From sequence record MT679221.1: a stretch of DNA of 64,000 nucleotides; one strand, written 5' to 3'. A program made the translations under genes and the position numbers. Every line of letters starts with the position of its first letter. The first letter of the stretch is position 1. The notes beneath the pieces are model-generated. The model was not told where the DNA came from, ran no database searches, and was given only the letters and a program-made list of their open reading frames with translations. Positions 1 to 9,220 of the stretch are shown here, piece by piece.

Positions 1-1
1 T

Positions 2-313
2 GAAATCATTCTGGAAAACTTAGTTGATGTCGAAAATGTGTTTATTGACGACGAAATCTTTGTTACCCTCGGTATCGAACGTCCAAAATCAACAGCTTAT
101 CCGGTATCGGTTGCCAGTGTGATTCAGGAACTGGGCAAAATGCAGGAGCAGACTGTCGAAGTGAAAATCGACGAAGAGCAAATGCAGATTGTTGCACAGG
201 TACAGAAAACTCTGAACCTGGATAAACTGTACGCTGAAATCCGCAAGCTGCCGAAAAAGAAACGTACTGCCGCCACAATCAAAGCAATGGTCCGCGATAT
301 CGTCGGTAAATAA
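2..313 (+). CDS. Hypothetical protein, 5'-truncated by the window edge
   Basis: Frame is open from base 2 (EIILENLVDVENVFIDD...) to TAA at 311-313 and is followed by a terminator. Confidence 0.75.
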   Translation, partial: EIILENLVDVENVFIDDEIFVTLGIERPKSTAYPVSVASVIQELGKMQEQTVEVKIDEEQMQIVAQVQKTLNLDKLYAEIRKLPKKKRTAATIKAMVRDIVGK

Positions 314-320
314 TGCGATA

Positions 321-370
321 AAAAATAAAAGCCTACCTACTCCCAAGGGAGTAGGTAGTTCTTTTTTTCT
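321..370. terminator. Bidirectional intrinsic terminator
   Basis: Stem CTACCTACTCC/GGAGTAGGTAG (333-358) with an A-tract before and a T-tract after, between convergent genes. Confidence 0.9.
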
Positions 371-994
371 TTAATTTGTTAACCCGTTATCTTTCAGGAT
401 TTTCAACATCGCATCATTCAACGCCTGCAGTTCTTGATTCTGCTTAGTGAGTGTTGCAACTTGTTCTGTCAGAGGAACCTGCTCACGGATTTTGGCTTTA
501 CGCACCGCTTCCATTTGCAAGTGTTCTTCTTCCGTCACCGTCCCTTCGTAATCCATCGATGTGATGTCCACACGTGCATCGATTCCTAAACCGCGTTCTA
601 AGATGCTTTTCAGGTCGTTCGTTAGCAGTGTGACATCGACGTATTCGGGTATTAATGCCAGGTCAATAACCACCACATTGCGTCTATAATTTAACCCATT
701 CAGTCCAGGATACGTCTCAATGTACGTATCAGGCAACTCGTAGACTTGACCGTCCCTCGACTTTAATGTTACAATCGAGGCTTCGACATTAGCGTCGCTG
801 ATATAGTCGTCACGAGTTAGGCCGACAGGTTTATAATACTTGTTATAAACGTCAATATTATTACGTTGGAGTTTCGGAAAGTTCTGTACCGCGTCAACAC
901 GGTAAATCACTTTATCTGGCAATGTATAAGGTGCCTTAACCTTGAACAACCCCTCAAGGTTAACCTGAGGCGTGTTAGGCAACAGTTGTGCCAT
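371..994 (-). CDS. phiKZ-like conserved protein, probably virion-associated
   Basis: 207-aa ORF, 10 nt downstream of the 459-aa gene, with a GGAGG SD. Function inferred from synteny only. Confidence 0.7.
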   Translation of the reverse strand: MAQLLPNTPQVNLEGLFKVKAPYTLPDKVIYRVDAVQNFPKLQRNNIDVYNKYYKPVGLTRDDYISDANVEASIVTLKSRDGQVYELPDTYIETYPGLNGLNYRRNVVVIDLALIPEYVDVTLLTNDLKSILERGLGIDARVDITSMDYEGTVTEEEHLQMEAVRKAKIREQVPLTEQVATLTKQNQELQALNDAMLKILKDNGLTN

Positions 995-1004
995 TTAACC
1001 CTCC

Positions 1005-2384
1005 TTAGGCTTCTGGCTCTGCCGCAGGGACATCCCAAACAGCTTTGCGGGCCAAGACACGATACTCCACGTTATCGAATTCGAAGACGTAGAAGTAAAC
1101 GTTAGGATCGACGTCGTCTACGAGCTTCACGATATCCAGCGGGGTGGAATGTGGGTGATACTCTTCCGCTGCGATTAACGCCTGGAAGAACAAGTCCAGC
1201 CACTCGGTGGTTTTCTTCGACATTCTCGCAATATCTGCATTGTTAGTGCCGATTAATGCGTAGTCGGGAATCGTATCGTGCAGGGTCGTTTTGCGTGAAT
1301 CGTTTTCAGGGCCTGCGATAACTACAGCGTTTAGTGATTTATAGATGGACGGTAAATCCGTTACATCGGTAGTTGGAGTTGAGATTGCTCCACTATTTTT
1401 TTCCGTAATGGTTTGAACAGTCCACTCCCCAAATCGGGAGATTGCTTTGACCCAGAAATCATATGGGAGAATCGGCGAGTATAATGCCGCAACATCTTCC
1501 TCATTTGGAATCCCACGAATTGACCAACCGGGAACAATTGTGAACTTGGTGGTCGTAAAGATTTCTGGGAACACCTTGACACCCAACGCCACAGTAAAAC
1601 TGGAGTTTGCCAAAATGTAATCACGTAACGCTTGTTTAATCCTGCTCGGGTTACGACCTGCGCGGCCGTAGATGATAACCGACATCGGTATCGGTAAGGT
1701 GGAATCAAAGTCTTCCTGGTCGTGCCAAGTATAGATGTTAGTAATCAGGCTAGTGTACGGATAACCGTCAGCTAATTCGTTAATCTTATTATGGTGATCC
1801 GGAAGGTTGAACCCTTCCATTGCCTTTTCGACTACAGATTTCACAGCCAAGAAAGTATCAACCGGTAATATCGGCATTTGGACTTCAATTTCAAATCCGG
1901 TATAGTCCTGATTGAAATCTTCATCAGCAAACCAGAGAATAATCTGGTTATTCACATCAGATGGGTCTTCGACTTTATCTGCTGTGGTTTCAAGTTTCCA
2001 ACTGACCCAACGTGGGAACCAGTTACTGTTAGTCTGAATCATCGCGCCAGACTGAACACCGCTGATGACACTATTAAATTGCCCCAACAGCAAACGCTGG
2101 AATTCAACTTCGTCGTTTCTTAAGTTGCCCAGGATAGACTGTTGGTAGATCCATTGGGAAACAGTAAGAACGTGGTCGCTAAAGACGGCCGGGGTCTTAA
2201 TAGGCAACTCGTCACGTTTAGAAGTAAAAGCAACCAGTTCCACCTGCAGATTTTCTTTAGTAAAATACTGCTTGCTTTTAGCGAACGAATATGACAGCTC
2301 AGACAACTCACCTACCGGAGCGGTGTTGCCAGGGCCATTATCAATCAGAGCCGCTATTTGAATAAAGCCTTGTAAATCATACAT
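1005..2384 (-). CDS. phiKZ-like virion structural protein
   Basis: 459-aa ORF with a GGAG SD. Size and position fit a conserved phiKZ-family virion gene (recollection). Confidence 0.7.
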   Translation of the reverse strand: MYDLQGFIQIAALIDNGPGNTAPVGELSELSYSFAKSKQYFTKENLQVELVAFTSKRDELPIKTPAVFSDHVLTVSQWIYQQSILGNLRNDEVEFQRLLLGQFNSVISGVQSGAMIQTNSNWFPRWVSWKLETTADKVEDPSDVNNQIILWFADEDFNQDYTGFEIEVQMPILPVDTFLAVKSVVEKAMEGFNLPDHHNKINELADGYPYTSLITNIYTWHDQEDFDSTLPIPMSVIIYGRAGRNPSRIKQALRDYILANSSFTVALGVKVFPEIFTTTKFTIVPGWSIRGIPNEEDVAALYSPILPYDFWVKAISRFGEWTVQTITEKNSGAISTPTTDVTDLPSIYKSLNAVVIAGPENDSRKTTLHDTIPDYALIGTNNADIARMSKKTTEWLDLFFQALIAAEEYHPHSTPLDIVKLVDDVDPNVYFYVFEFDNVEYRVLARKAVWDVPAAEPEA

Positions 2385-2402
2385 AATTAAAAACTCTCCG
2401 AG

Positions 2403-2918
2403 GTGAGCATGATAGCATCAGTTTTCAAACTGCTTCCATTCTTACAGATGCTGTGGGAAGCATTTAAACCGGGCGAGGGGGAGAAAGTAACACGAGCCGG
2501 GAAAATAGTGACACTAGTGATAGTGGCACTGATCGCGTTCTCTGCATTTGTCTCATATGCCTATATTGTTCAATACCACACACTGGTTAGCGTTCAATCG
2601 CGTACTCAGTATCTGGAGATATCCTATAAGGAGCTAAAAGAGAAGTCCGATCACGGCGAAGTGGAGAACAATAAGTTGTACGATCGTCTCTTCACGTGCC
2701 TGGGTTCTCGACCGCCATATGATGGTACCAAATCTCCAACAGGAACAGGCACTGGGGCCGCGGTTCCGCCTGTAGAACCCAAGCCGGTAACACCGCCGGC
2801 ACCGTTAAATCCGTCTAGCCCACCTGCCAAGAAACACCAGGCCGCTTCTCGCCCGGTAGGGTCGCAGGAGGCAAATGATTTCCGACAGGAGATTATCAGT
2901 ACGCTTAATAATCCATGA
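2403..2918 (+). CDS. Putative inner-membrane spanin (i-spanin/Rz-like)
   Basis: Single TM segment (IVTLVIVALIAFSAFVSYAYI), then a coiled-coil-like stretch, one Cys and a Pro-rich linker; directly upstream of a lipoprotein gene. Confidence 0.55.
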   Translation: MSMIASVFKLLPFLQMLWEAFKPGEGEKVTRAGKIVTLVIVALIAFSAFVSYAYIVQYHTLVSVQSRTQYLEISYKELKEKSDHGEVENNKLYDRLFTCLGSRPPYDGTKSPTGTGTGAAVPPVEPKPVTPPAPLNPSSPPAKKHQAASRPVGSQEANDFRQEIISTLNNP

Positions 2919-2927
2919 GGAGCATAC

Positions 2928-3407
2928 ATGAAGTTATTTTTGGCGGCGATATTGGTGCTATTGTTGACAGGATGCCCTGGGGTCATCCGTCACGTAGACC
3001 CAGATTACTCCTCAACCGGAGATTGGCCTTTTCGTCCTTTAGAACACCCACCAGTTTATGTCGGTGGGAACAGTCCTGAGGCGAAAAAGCTGGCAGGGAA
3101 AATGTTTGTTGCGGATGTGAACGCTTATGCTTATTACGTTTATCTGTACGCTAAGTCGTTGAACAATTACGCAGAAGCTAAGGGGTGGCGCACCCCGATG
3201 GCCGCACCGCTTTGTGAAGAGTTTATTCGCCCCACTCTTCATGATATACCCACTGGGATATATCTCGACCCTGGTTCTCGTAGCCCTCAAGACATTAGTC
3301 GTGATTTGTCACGACAGATTAAGTCTCTCATTCGCGGCTATCGCGAAGACAGAGAGTCTTTTAATCGTGCCTACGAACGGCACAGAAGTAGTTGCCTTGT
3401 GCAATGA
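2928..3407 (+). CDS. Lipoprotein, putative outer-membrane spanin (o-spanin/Rz1-like)
   Basis: Signal peptide with lipobox MKLFLAAILVLLLTG-C, Pro-rich mature N-terminus and extra Cys residues; GAGG SD. Confidence 0.6.
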   Translation: MKLFLAAILVLLLTGCPGVIRHVDPDYSSTGDWPFRPLEHPPVYVGGNSPEAKKLAGKMFVADVNAYAYYVYLYAKSLNNYAEAKGWRTPMAAPLCEEFIRPTLHDIPTGIYLDPGSRSPQDISRDLSRQIKSLIRGYREDRESFNRAYERHRSSCLVQ

Positions 3408-3411
3408 AAAC

Positions 3412-3448
3412 TCCCTCTTACCTTCGGGTAAGAGGGATTTCCTTTTTT
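3412..3448 (+). terminator. Intrinsic terminator with cUUCGg loop
   Basis: TCCCTCTTACC-TTCG-GGTAAGAGGGA followed by a T-tract. Confidence 0.9.
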
Positions 3449-3454
3449 ACGTTA

Positions 3455-3480
3455 GTAGTTAATAGTGTGATATATAATCT
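3455..3480 (+). promoter_or_regulatory. Weak candidate early promoter
   Basis: GATATATAATCT has one mismatch to the ATATTATCT core of the other copies and lies just upstream of the exonuclease gene. Confidence 0.35.
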
Positions 3481-3494
3481 CGTGGAGAGTTGAA

Positions 3495-4214
3495 ATGACC
3501 TATCCTAAAATTCTGCCTGTTTTAACACCAACCGTGGTTGTTGGTACAGACTTAGAGACCCTGGCTTTACGTCCAGATGCCTACATCTTAACGTTGGCAA
3601 ACGTGGCATTCGATGTTCCGACAATGAAAATGATCGGTTCATGTTACCACAAAATCGACCCCAATGATGCAAAGGCAAAAGAAATCTTCTACATCGACCC
3701 ACAAACGGTCGGCTATTGGGAAGGTAAAGGCGACCCCGAATACGCACCGAGCGAGAAAGCACGTATTGAAGCGTTTTCTGGGACCACTCCACTGCCAGAG
3801 GCACTGTGGGCGGCCAAAAAATGGTTGGATGATCTGGGCAACGTGAAAATGGTTATCACCATGCGCGGTCCCGATTTTGATGCTCCAATTCTGATGAACG
3901 CGTTCGCGCAGTGCGATATCCCGCCGGGCAAGTACCGCAAGTTTTCTATATTGGACTCTGACCGGACCGCAGAACGTATTGCATATGCGTTTGGCCTGGA
4001 ACCGAACTGGCACGCAGAAGCGCACCACTGGACCCGTGGCAAAGAAGCGTACGAGCATAACGCTAACTTTGATGCTGCGAAGGAAGCGTATTCTACGGCA
4101 CGCATCTATCATTTGGCCCTGGTCGCACGTACGTACGGCTTCGAACGCATGTTAGAAGCCCACCGCGAAATGTGCACAGGTGAATACATTCCACCGCAGT
4201 TGCGAGGAGAATAA
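3495..4214 (+). CDS. DEDDh 3'-5' exonuclease (RNase AS / Exo VIII-like family)
   Basis: ExoI motif GTDLET, ExoII motif RGPDFDAPIL, ExoIII motif HNANFDA. Confidence 0.85.
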   Translation: MTYPKILPVLTPTVVVGTDLETLALRPDAYILTLANVAFDVPTMKMIGSCYHKIDPNDAKAKEIFYIDPQTVGYWEGKGDPEYAPSEKARIEAFSGTTPLPEALWAAKKWLDDLGNVKMVITMRGPDFDAPILMNAFAQCDIPPGKYRKFSILDSDRTAERIAYAFGLEPNWHAEAHHWTRGKEAYEHNANFDAAKEAYSTARIYHLALVARTYGFERMLEAHREMCTGEYIPPQLRGE

Positions 4215-5728
4215 TGAAAGACGTCGACGTAGCGGTTATTTATACCGATGGTAGTCATACTGAGTCCCCGAAAGGTTCGGGGGCTGGTATTCATGGTTAT
4301 TTATTCAACAACGGAGATTTGGAAGACAGTCAGGCTTATAGCCATCCGGGTGTTTCAGAACGGATTACCACTGTTGGATACAAAAAAGTGCCGCAGGATG
4401 TGAAGTGTCCGGAGTTGCCGGACACCGTTCAATTTGTCGACGCCGTTATTCCCGTTCCGAAAGAGTTCTACTCAGATGTGGGCGAGTTAATCGCCTTCAT
4501 CACGTTGTTTGAGAACGCGCCATTCCGTGCGAAGAACTATATCATCTACGTGGATGCCAGTTACGTTGTAAACACTTTTAACGAGTGGATAGACGGCTGG
4601 CATAAACGTGGTTGGGTTCGTGCTGATGGTACTCCGCTGGCGAACAAAGAACTTATTGTTCGTATCTGGGAAATCAAACAGCAGATGAAAAAAGAAGGAC
4701 GGGGTGTTAAGGTTATCAAAATCAAAGGACACTCCGGCCACTACGGTAACGACCGGGCGGACGAATTGGCTAGAAAAGGTTCAGCTATCACAGCGACCAA
4801 CGACGGCGTTCCATATCAGCCGTACTGGTCGAAAGATGAGTTGCCTGCATCCGCGGAACCCGAGCCCATCGCCGCTGGGATGAACCTTGCGGCATATCCG
4901 CCGATTTGTACGGTTAAATATTGCTATCCGTTGGTGAACGAGGACCATCCTACTGTAAAAGTGAAAGATGAAACTTTCTATTACATGTTTGGTGGTAACC
5001 ATGCAAAGAACAAGGACGACTTGGTGTTTATTGGGAAAATGATTCCTGATGCACACTTTTCCGTAATGTTCACTAAACAACCGTGGGATAACATCTACAC
5101 GATTGTAAATACCCACGCCGCCCTGGCATGGAAAGATACACCGAAGATGCGGCAGTATGATCCAATCGGTGTTGTTAACAATGAGTTCGTTAAACGTAAG
5201 AAGTTCGTTGATGTGGCAGGTGATGGATTACCGGCAGACAAGATGCATTTCAGTGGAGAAGATTCCAATGTCTGGTTCTTTGAAGACCTGGCCATCTCCA
5301 GAATGCTTCGCCCGCCCTTATTGTCGTATCGTGCGCTGGATATTCGTGACGAACTCGCTACAACGTTGAGAGATGTTCTGCATCAGGAAAAGGGTTATGT
5401 CTTAAACGACATTACCGACTTGCTATTCGACGACAAAGGTAAACCTGTCAAGGAATACTACCGTAGCGTCGATAAGTCAATAACGTTAAAGATTGACTTT
5501 CCGATGGGTAAACGACCTGTCTCGGTTATTTTGACTCGCGGCATCGATATTCCATCGCGTACGGAAATCAACCGTATTAAAGAACCGGAAGGCCGTTATT
5601 ACATCGCGGTGTGTCGTCCTGAAAAATACTACATCCGTTACTTCTTAATCTATATCGGTAAAGAGTATCATGGGTTGTGGTGTGCGTATTACGCAAACCG
5701 TCGCATACTGCGAGAAGAAGAGGTGTAA
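4214..5728 (+). CDS. rnhA: Ribonuclease HI with long C-terminal extension
   Basis: IYTDGS, GEL, YVDASYV, W..RGW..ADG.P.ANKEL and IKGHSGHYGNDRADELARKG motifs; TAATG overlap with the exonuclease gene. Confidence 0.92.
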   Translation: MKDVDVAVIYTDGSHTESPKGSGAGIHGYLFNNGDLEDSQAYSHPGVSERITTVGYKKVPQDVKCPELPDTVQFVDAVIPVPKEFYSDVGELIAFITLFENAPFRAKNYIIYVDASYVVNTFNEWIDGWHKRGWVRADGTPLANKELIVRIWEIKQQMKKEGRGVKVIKIKGHSGHYGNDRADELARKGSAITATNDGVPYQPYWSKDELPASAEPEPIAAGMNLAAYPPICTVKYCYPLVNEDHPTVKVKDETFYYMFGGNHAKNKDDLVFIGKMIPDAHFSVMFTKQPWDNIYTIVNTHAALAWKDTPKMRQYDPIGVVNNEFVKRKKFVDVAGDGLPADKMHFSGEDSNVWFFEDLAISRMLRPPLLSYRALDIRDELATTLRDVLHQEKGYVLNDITDLLFDDKGKPVKEYYRSVDKSITLKIDFPMGKRPVSVILTRGIDIPSRTEINRIKEPEGRYYIAVCRPEKYYIRYFLIYIGKEYHGLWCAYYANRRILREEEV

Positions 5729-5729
5729 C

Positions 5730-6470
5730 ATGTTGCGAGTCGTGAGTGAATCGCTCACGCTCCACACACAAAGTCTGATTAACTGTGTGGAGCAATACGG
5801 ATGGATGTCGTGGATGGCAACGAACCGTGAGTTCGGTGCTGCGCCCATGGAAGATTACGACGTGTTGTACAAGTGGGGATTTGAAGCGGCTTGTGATGTT
5901 GTGGCAGAGCTGGTTACCGAAACAATTGCGCGTTACAATGCAAGATGTGATGAACCGATGCCTAAACAAGTCCCGCCGCAAATACCTCCCCTACCGACAA
6001 TCGATCGTGAGCAGTGTCGAATCTGGACAATGGAAGAGTTGTACGACGAACACGTTAGAATGCTGAAACCGAACGAGCTAATAACCGGTGCGTTGAACTG
6101 GTTCTTACATCGTTTCTGGACAGAGTTGGTCGATGTGGCGGGTGACGAAGATAATTGTTCTCAGGTTATTTGGTACGATCGAGCGATGTTTCATCGCAGT
6201 CTTAAAGATCGCAGTCTCTGCAACCTGTATATTGTTGACCCGTGTGTAGACATTGTAAGGGTAGCAGAAGGTAACTCTTATTCGGACTTAGTGATGCCCG
6301 TGGTAGAAAAACCGATGGGTATTTTCCTGCAAGGGGACGCTTGGGTTTTAACGGATGATATCTCGGGCTACCTGCTGGACCCGGACGACATTCACTCGGA
6401 CGAACCTGATACCATCGAGTATTTTCACTTTACAGAACAGGCAGCACGCTTCTTGCATCTCTTAAAGTAA
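5730..6470 (+). CDS. Hypothetical acidic protein (divergent tandem family)
   Basis: ATG at 5730 after GAGG SD; begins MLRVVSESL. Confidence 0.75.
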   Translation: MLRVVSESLTLHTQSLINCVEQYGWMSWMATNREFGAAPMEDYDVLYKWGFEAACDVVAELVTETIARYNARCDEPMPKQVPPQIPPLPTIDREQCRIWTMEELYDEHVRMLKPNELITGALNWFLHRFWTELVDVAGDEDNCSQVIWYDRAMFHRSLKDRSLCNLYIVDPCVDIVRVAEGNSYSDLVMPVVEKPMGIFLQGDAWVLTDDISGYLLDPDDIHSDEPDTIEYFHFTEQAARFLHLLK

Positions 6471-6490
6471 TCTGAGATAGATATTATCTA
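6464..6490 (+). promoter_or_regulatory. Candidate early (virion RNAP) promoter
   Basis: AAAGTAATCTGAGATAGATATTATCTA matches the copies at 14021, 46691 and 61599. Confidence 0.7.
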
Positions 6491-6523
6491 CAGGGACGTA
6501 ACCTTAAGGAGAATTTATTCACG

Positions 6524-7258
6524 ATGCTTAAAGTCGAAGTGCCAGTGCTTTTAAACCTCACGCCCCAGTTCTTTGAAGCGTTGTTCGAAAAGCATTGGCC
6601 CGCGTTCGCGAAGAACGAACTAAAGGATAACCCACAGTGGTATCCTCTGCGCGATGAATTCAAGTATACAGCCATCAACGTCTGTATAGAAGTCTTCACT
6701 GCATGGTTACAAGAGATGTACGACTGCATCAACACCGAACGGTTGTTCACGCTAGAACATGTAGAGATTAATGTTGTTGACGTCTACGAAGGTTACTCCT
6801 ACGAAGAAGGCATTACTGCCACGGGGTTAAGCCAGCAAGACGTTGAAGAACAAATCTTTGCGTGGATCGAGTGGTTCACGGAAAAGTTGATGCTGGCTGA
6901 TTTTGTCACGCAAGTGGAGGACGTATTCATCCCAATGTACGAGCGGTTAGCTGAGATACGTCGTAACCATCGACTGCTCGGTTACTGGTATGACACTTAT
7001 ACCACCTCCTCAACACTGTGGTCTTCCGCTACTGCCGCATTTGGCATAACTGATGGCGATTACGATGTCGTTCATTCCGGCCCTTGGCAGTATGGTTTCG
7101 GCACCCTGTGGCACGAGCTGACCGATGCCATGTGTCTGGACTTTTATCTGTGTGAAGGTAAGTTTTACACGGATAACTGCGTGAGCCAAATTCCGAATGG
7201 TGCGATGGTGGTGATGTGTCGCATCCGTAAAGAAGTCTCTGAGAAACTAAACTACTGA
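6524..7258 (+). CDS. Hypothetical acidic protein (divergent tandem family)
   Basis: 244 aa, AAGGAG SD, begins MLKVEV. Confidence 0.78.
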   Translation: MLKVEVPVLLNLTPQFFEALFEKHWPAFAKNELKDNPQWYPLRDEFKYTAINVCIEVFTAWLQEMYDCINTERLFTLEHVEINVVDVYEGYSYEEGITATGLSQQDVEEQIFAWIEWFTEKLMLADFVTQVEDVFIPMYERLAEIRRNHRLLGYWYDTYTTSSTLWSSATAAFGITDGDYDVVHSGPWQYGFGTLWHELTDAMCLDFYLCEGKFYTDNCVSQIPNGAMVVMCRIRKEVSEKLNY

Positions 7259-7271
7259 AGGAGTATTTAAA

Positions 7272-7643
7272 ATGACGCAAGACGAATTTGAAACGATGGT
7301 AAAACAATACTTTAAAGAAGGGACTATTCTGTACATAGTCGCACCCGAGAGCGAAAACTGGTTGACGTTATCGTCGCGGGTAACCACCCTACGAGGCCCA
7401 GTTTCTCAAGAAATAAGACAGATGGCTCGTATAGTTCGAGATACCGCCATCCAGGGCGGTAAAGTCGTCAGCTTCTCCCACCTCTCTCCGATCGGCCACT
7501 CTAACTTAGAAACCGAAGTTGATGTGGTTGCAACCGTCGGTTTCGATTTAGACGGCTCCCCAGGCACTAGCCTTGTTGCCATTAAGAAATGGCGTGGATA
7601 CGATGCGATTCCATCGCCGGGGGTTTGGCCAGCTACCAGCTAA
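7272..7643 (+). CDS. Hypothetical protein
   Basis: 123 aa with AAGGAG SD. Confidence 0.75.
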   Translation: MTQDEFETMVKQYFKEGTILYIVAPESENWLTLSSRVTTLRGPVSQEIRQMARIVRDTAIQGGKVVSFSHLSPIGHSNLETEVDVVATVGFDLDGSPGTSLVAIKKWRGYDAIPSPGVWPATS

Positions 7644-7653
7644 TGGGGGCGGT

Positions 7654-8061
7654 ATGTTAAAGGTGTATAGCGAGTCACTGATGGACTTGCAAGAGTATCT
7701 AAAGCATGTGGAAATTAACGGCAACCGTGGAATGATATACTCCATGGTTGTCGAGATTTTAATTAAAATCGTGCTTGTTTCGTTCCACGTGGCAGAAAAT
7801 GGCACTGCTGTACCAGGAGATGTTTATAAAGGTGTTATTAAGCATCTTAGCGACCGCTACAGTTGTTTACGTGAACCGGATATCTTTAATGAGGTGCAGC
7901 GTGTTGTGTTGCTTATCCTCGACAACCGTGAAGATTTGGCGTACAAGCTTGCGCATGAACTGGCAGACACGTCACAGCACGGCGGACAACTGAAGTATAA
8001 CGTTGTGGATCTCGTAGCGTGCAGATACTGGTATACACAGCCCGAGGTAAGTAACTTTTAA
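7654..8061 (+). CDS. Hypothetical protein
   Basis: ATG at 7654 (MLKVYSESL) after GGGGG/GCGG; the longer ORF call overlaps the upstream gene. Confidence 0.7.
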   Translation: MLKVYSESLMDLQEYLKHVEINGNRGMIYSMVVEILIKIVLVSFHVAENGTAVPGDVYKGVIKHLSDRYSCLREPDIFNEVQRVVLLILDNREDLAYKLAHELADTSQHGGQLKYNVVDLVACRYWYTQPEVSNF

Positions 8062-8071
8062 GGAGTATTAG

Positions 8072-8611
8072 ATGCAAATCGTAATAGACTTCGCTCTGTC
8101 GGAGTCGAGACGTCAGTTAGATGAAATTCTGTTAGGATTAAAACATGACGTGGAATTTGAACTTCACGATGCGTTGGCCGTCCACGAAAATCGTTTGTCT
8201 GACGAAATAGGTTCGGGCGTAGATGTGGCTATCTGCGACACTGGGGATATGGTAAATCAGCTTATTGAACGTATGTTCACGCGGCTGCGTAACATTCTGA
8301 ACTATCCCCATCGTTTTGAACTGGTAGAAGGGACGGACCAAATTACCGACTTATTGAGTGAAGCCTTTGATAAGGTCGGTGAGTCTCTGGCGGGGTTACA
8401 TCAAGAGAACCTGGGCGAGACATACGTTGCTGTGGTCATTAACGGGCAATCATCGAACGTCACGGACACGGTAACATGGTCTGATATCGTTGACCAGCCA
8501 ATCATTGACAAAATCACCAAGCTGTATCGTGAGGCGGAAATGAAGGTGCTGGCTATCTGTCGTCGTGAACTACTGTATCTCGGCGAGAAATATGGGAAAC
8601 CTGTTGAATGA
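8072..8611 (+). CDS. Hypothetical acidic helical protein
   Basis: 179 aa with AAGGAG SD. Confidence 0.75.
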   Translation: MQIVIDFALSESRRQLDEILLGLKHDVEFELHDALAVHENRLSDEIGSGVDVAICDTGDMVNQLIERMFTRLRNILNYPHRFELVEGTDQITDLLSEAFDKVGESLAGLHQENLGETYVAVVINGQSSNVTDTVTWSDIVDQPIIDKITKLYREAEMKVLAICRRELLYLGEKYGKPVE

Positions 8612-9150
8612 AAATATTCATTGATTTACTCGATGACGAATTTCGCGAAATATTTCCAGCGGCGTTGTTCGAGTTTAAGCGTAAGTGTGAAGACTATCTG
8701 ATACCAAAGAATATCGATCGTCAGCACCTCGCTGGTCTTATCTCTGCGGCGTACGTCAACATCGCGGTAAATGAAGTTCATCAACTCGCGCAACGTATTG
8801 CTTGTTTTGAATACAACGATGAAGACATTGAAGACGGCTTCCTGCAGTCTAAGATGGGTCGTTTCTCGCTCGAACTTAAAACCGATGAGGTTATTGATAA
8901 AGTCGGTAAGGCGTTTGATGAGATGAAAGACATCGAAATGATGATCAAGATGTCTGGTCCAGAAGCAGGCCCATTGAAAGAAGCGTGGGAACATCTCAAC
9001 CGCGACGAGTATAAAGAGATGTACATGGGCGAGTTCACCACCATGTTACGTCACCTTGAAGCACAGGTCTGGGAGCATATCGTTTCACGTCTGAAAGAAA
9101 TACTGATTGTGGTCGAGCCAATGCAGCCACTTACTATCAGTAAATTCTAA
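8608..9150 (+). CDS. Hypothetical acidic helical protein
   Basis: 180 aa, ATGA overlap with the previous gene, followed by a terminator. Confidence 0.75.
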   Translation: MKIFIDLLDDEFREIFPAALFEFKRKCEDYLIPKNIDRQHLAGLISAAYVNIAVNEVHQLAQRIACFEYNDEDIEDGFLQSKMGRFSLELKTDEVIDKVGKAFDEMKDIEMMIKMSGPEAGPLKEAWEHLNRDEYKEMYMGEFTTMLRHLEAQVWEHIVSRLKEILIVVEPMQPLTISKF

Positions 9151-9160
9151 ATCGGTCCGA

Positions 9161-9220
9161 AATAAAATAAAGCCTACCCACTCCCGTAAGGGGAGTGGGT
9201 ACTGCTTACTTTTTATTTTT
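9161..9220. terminator. Bidirectional intrinsic terminator
   Basis: Stem TACCCACTCCC/GGGAGTGGGTA (9175-9201) with flanking A- and T-tracts, between convergent genes. Confidence 0.88.
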
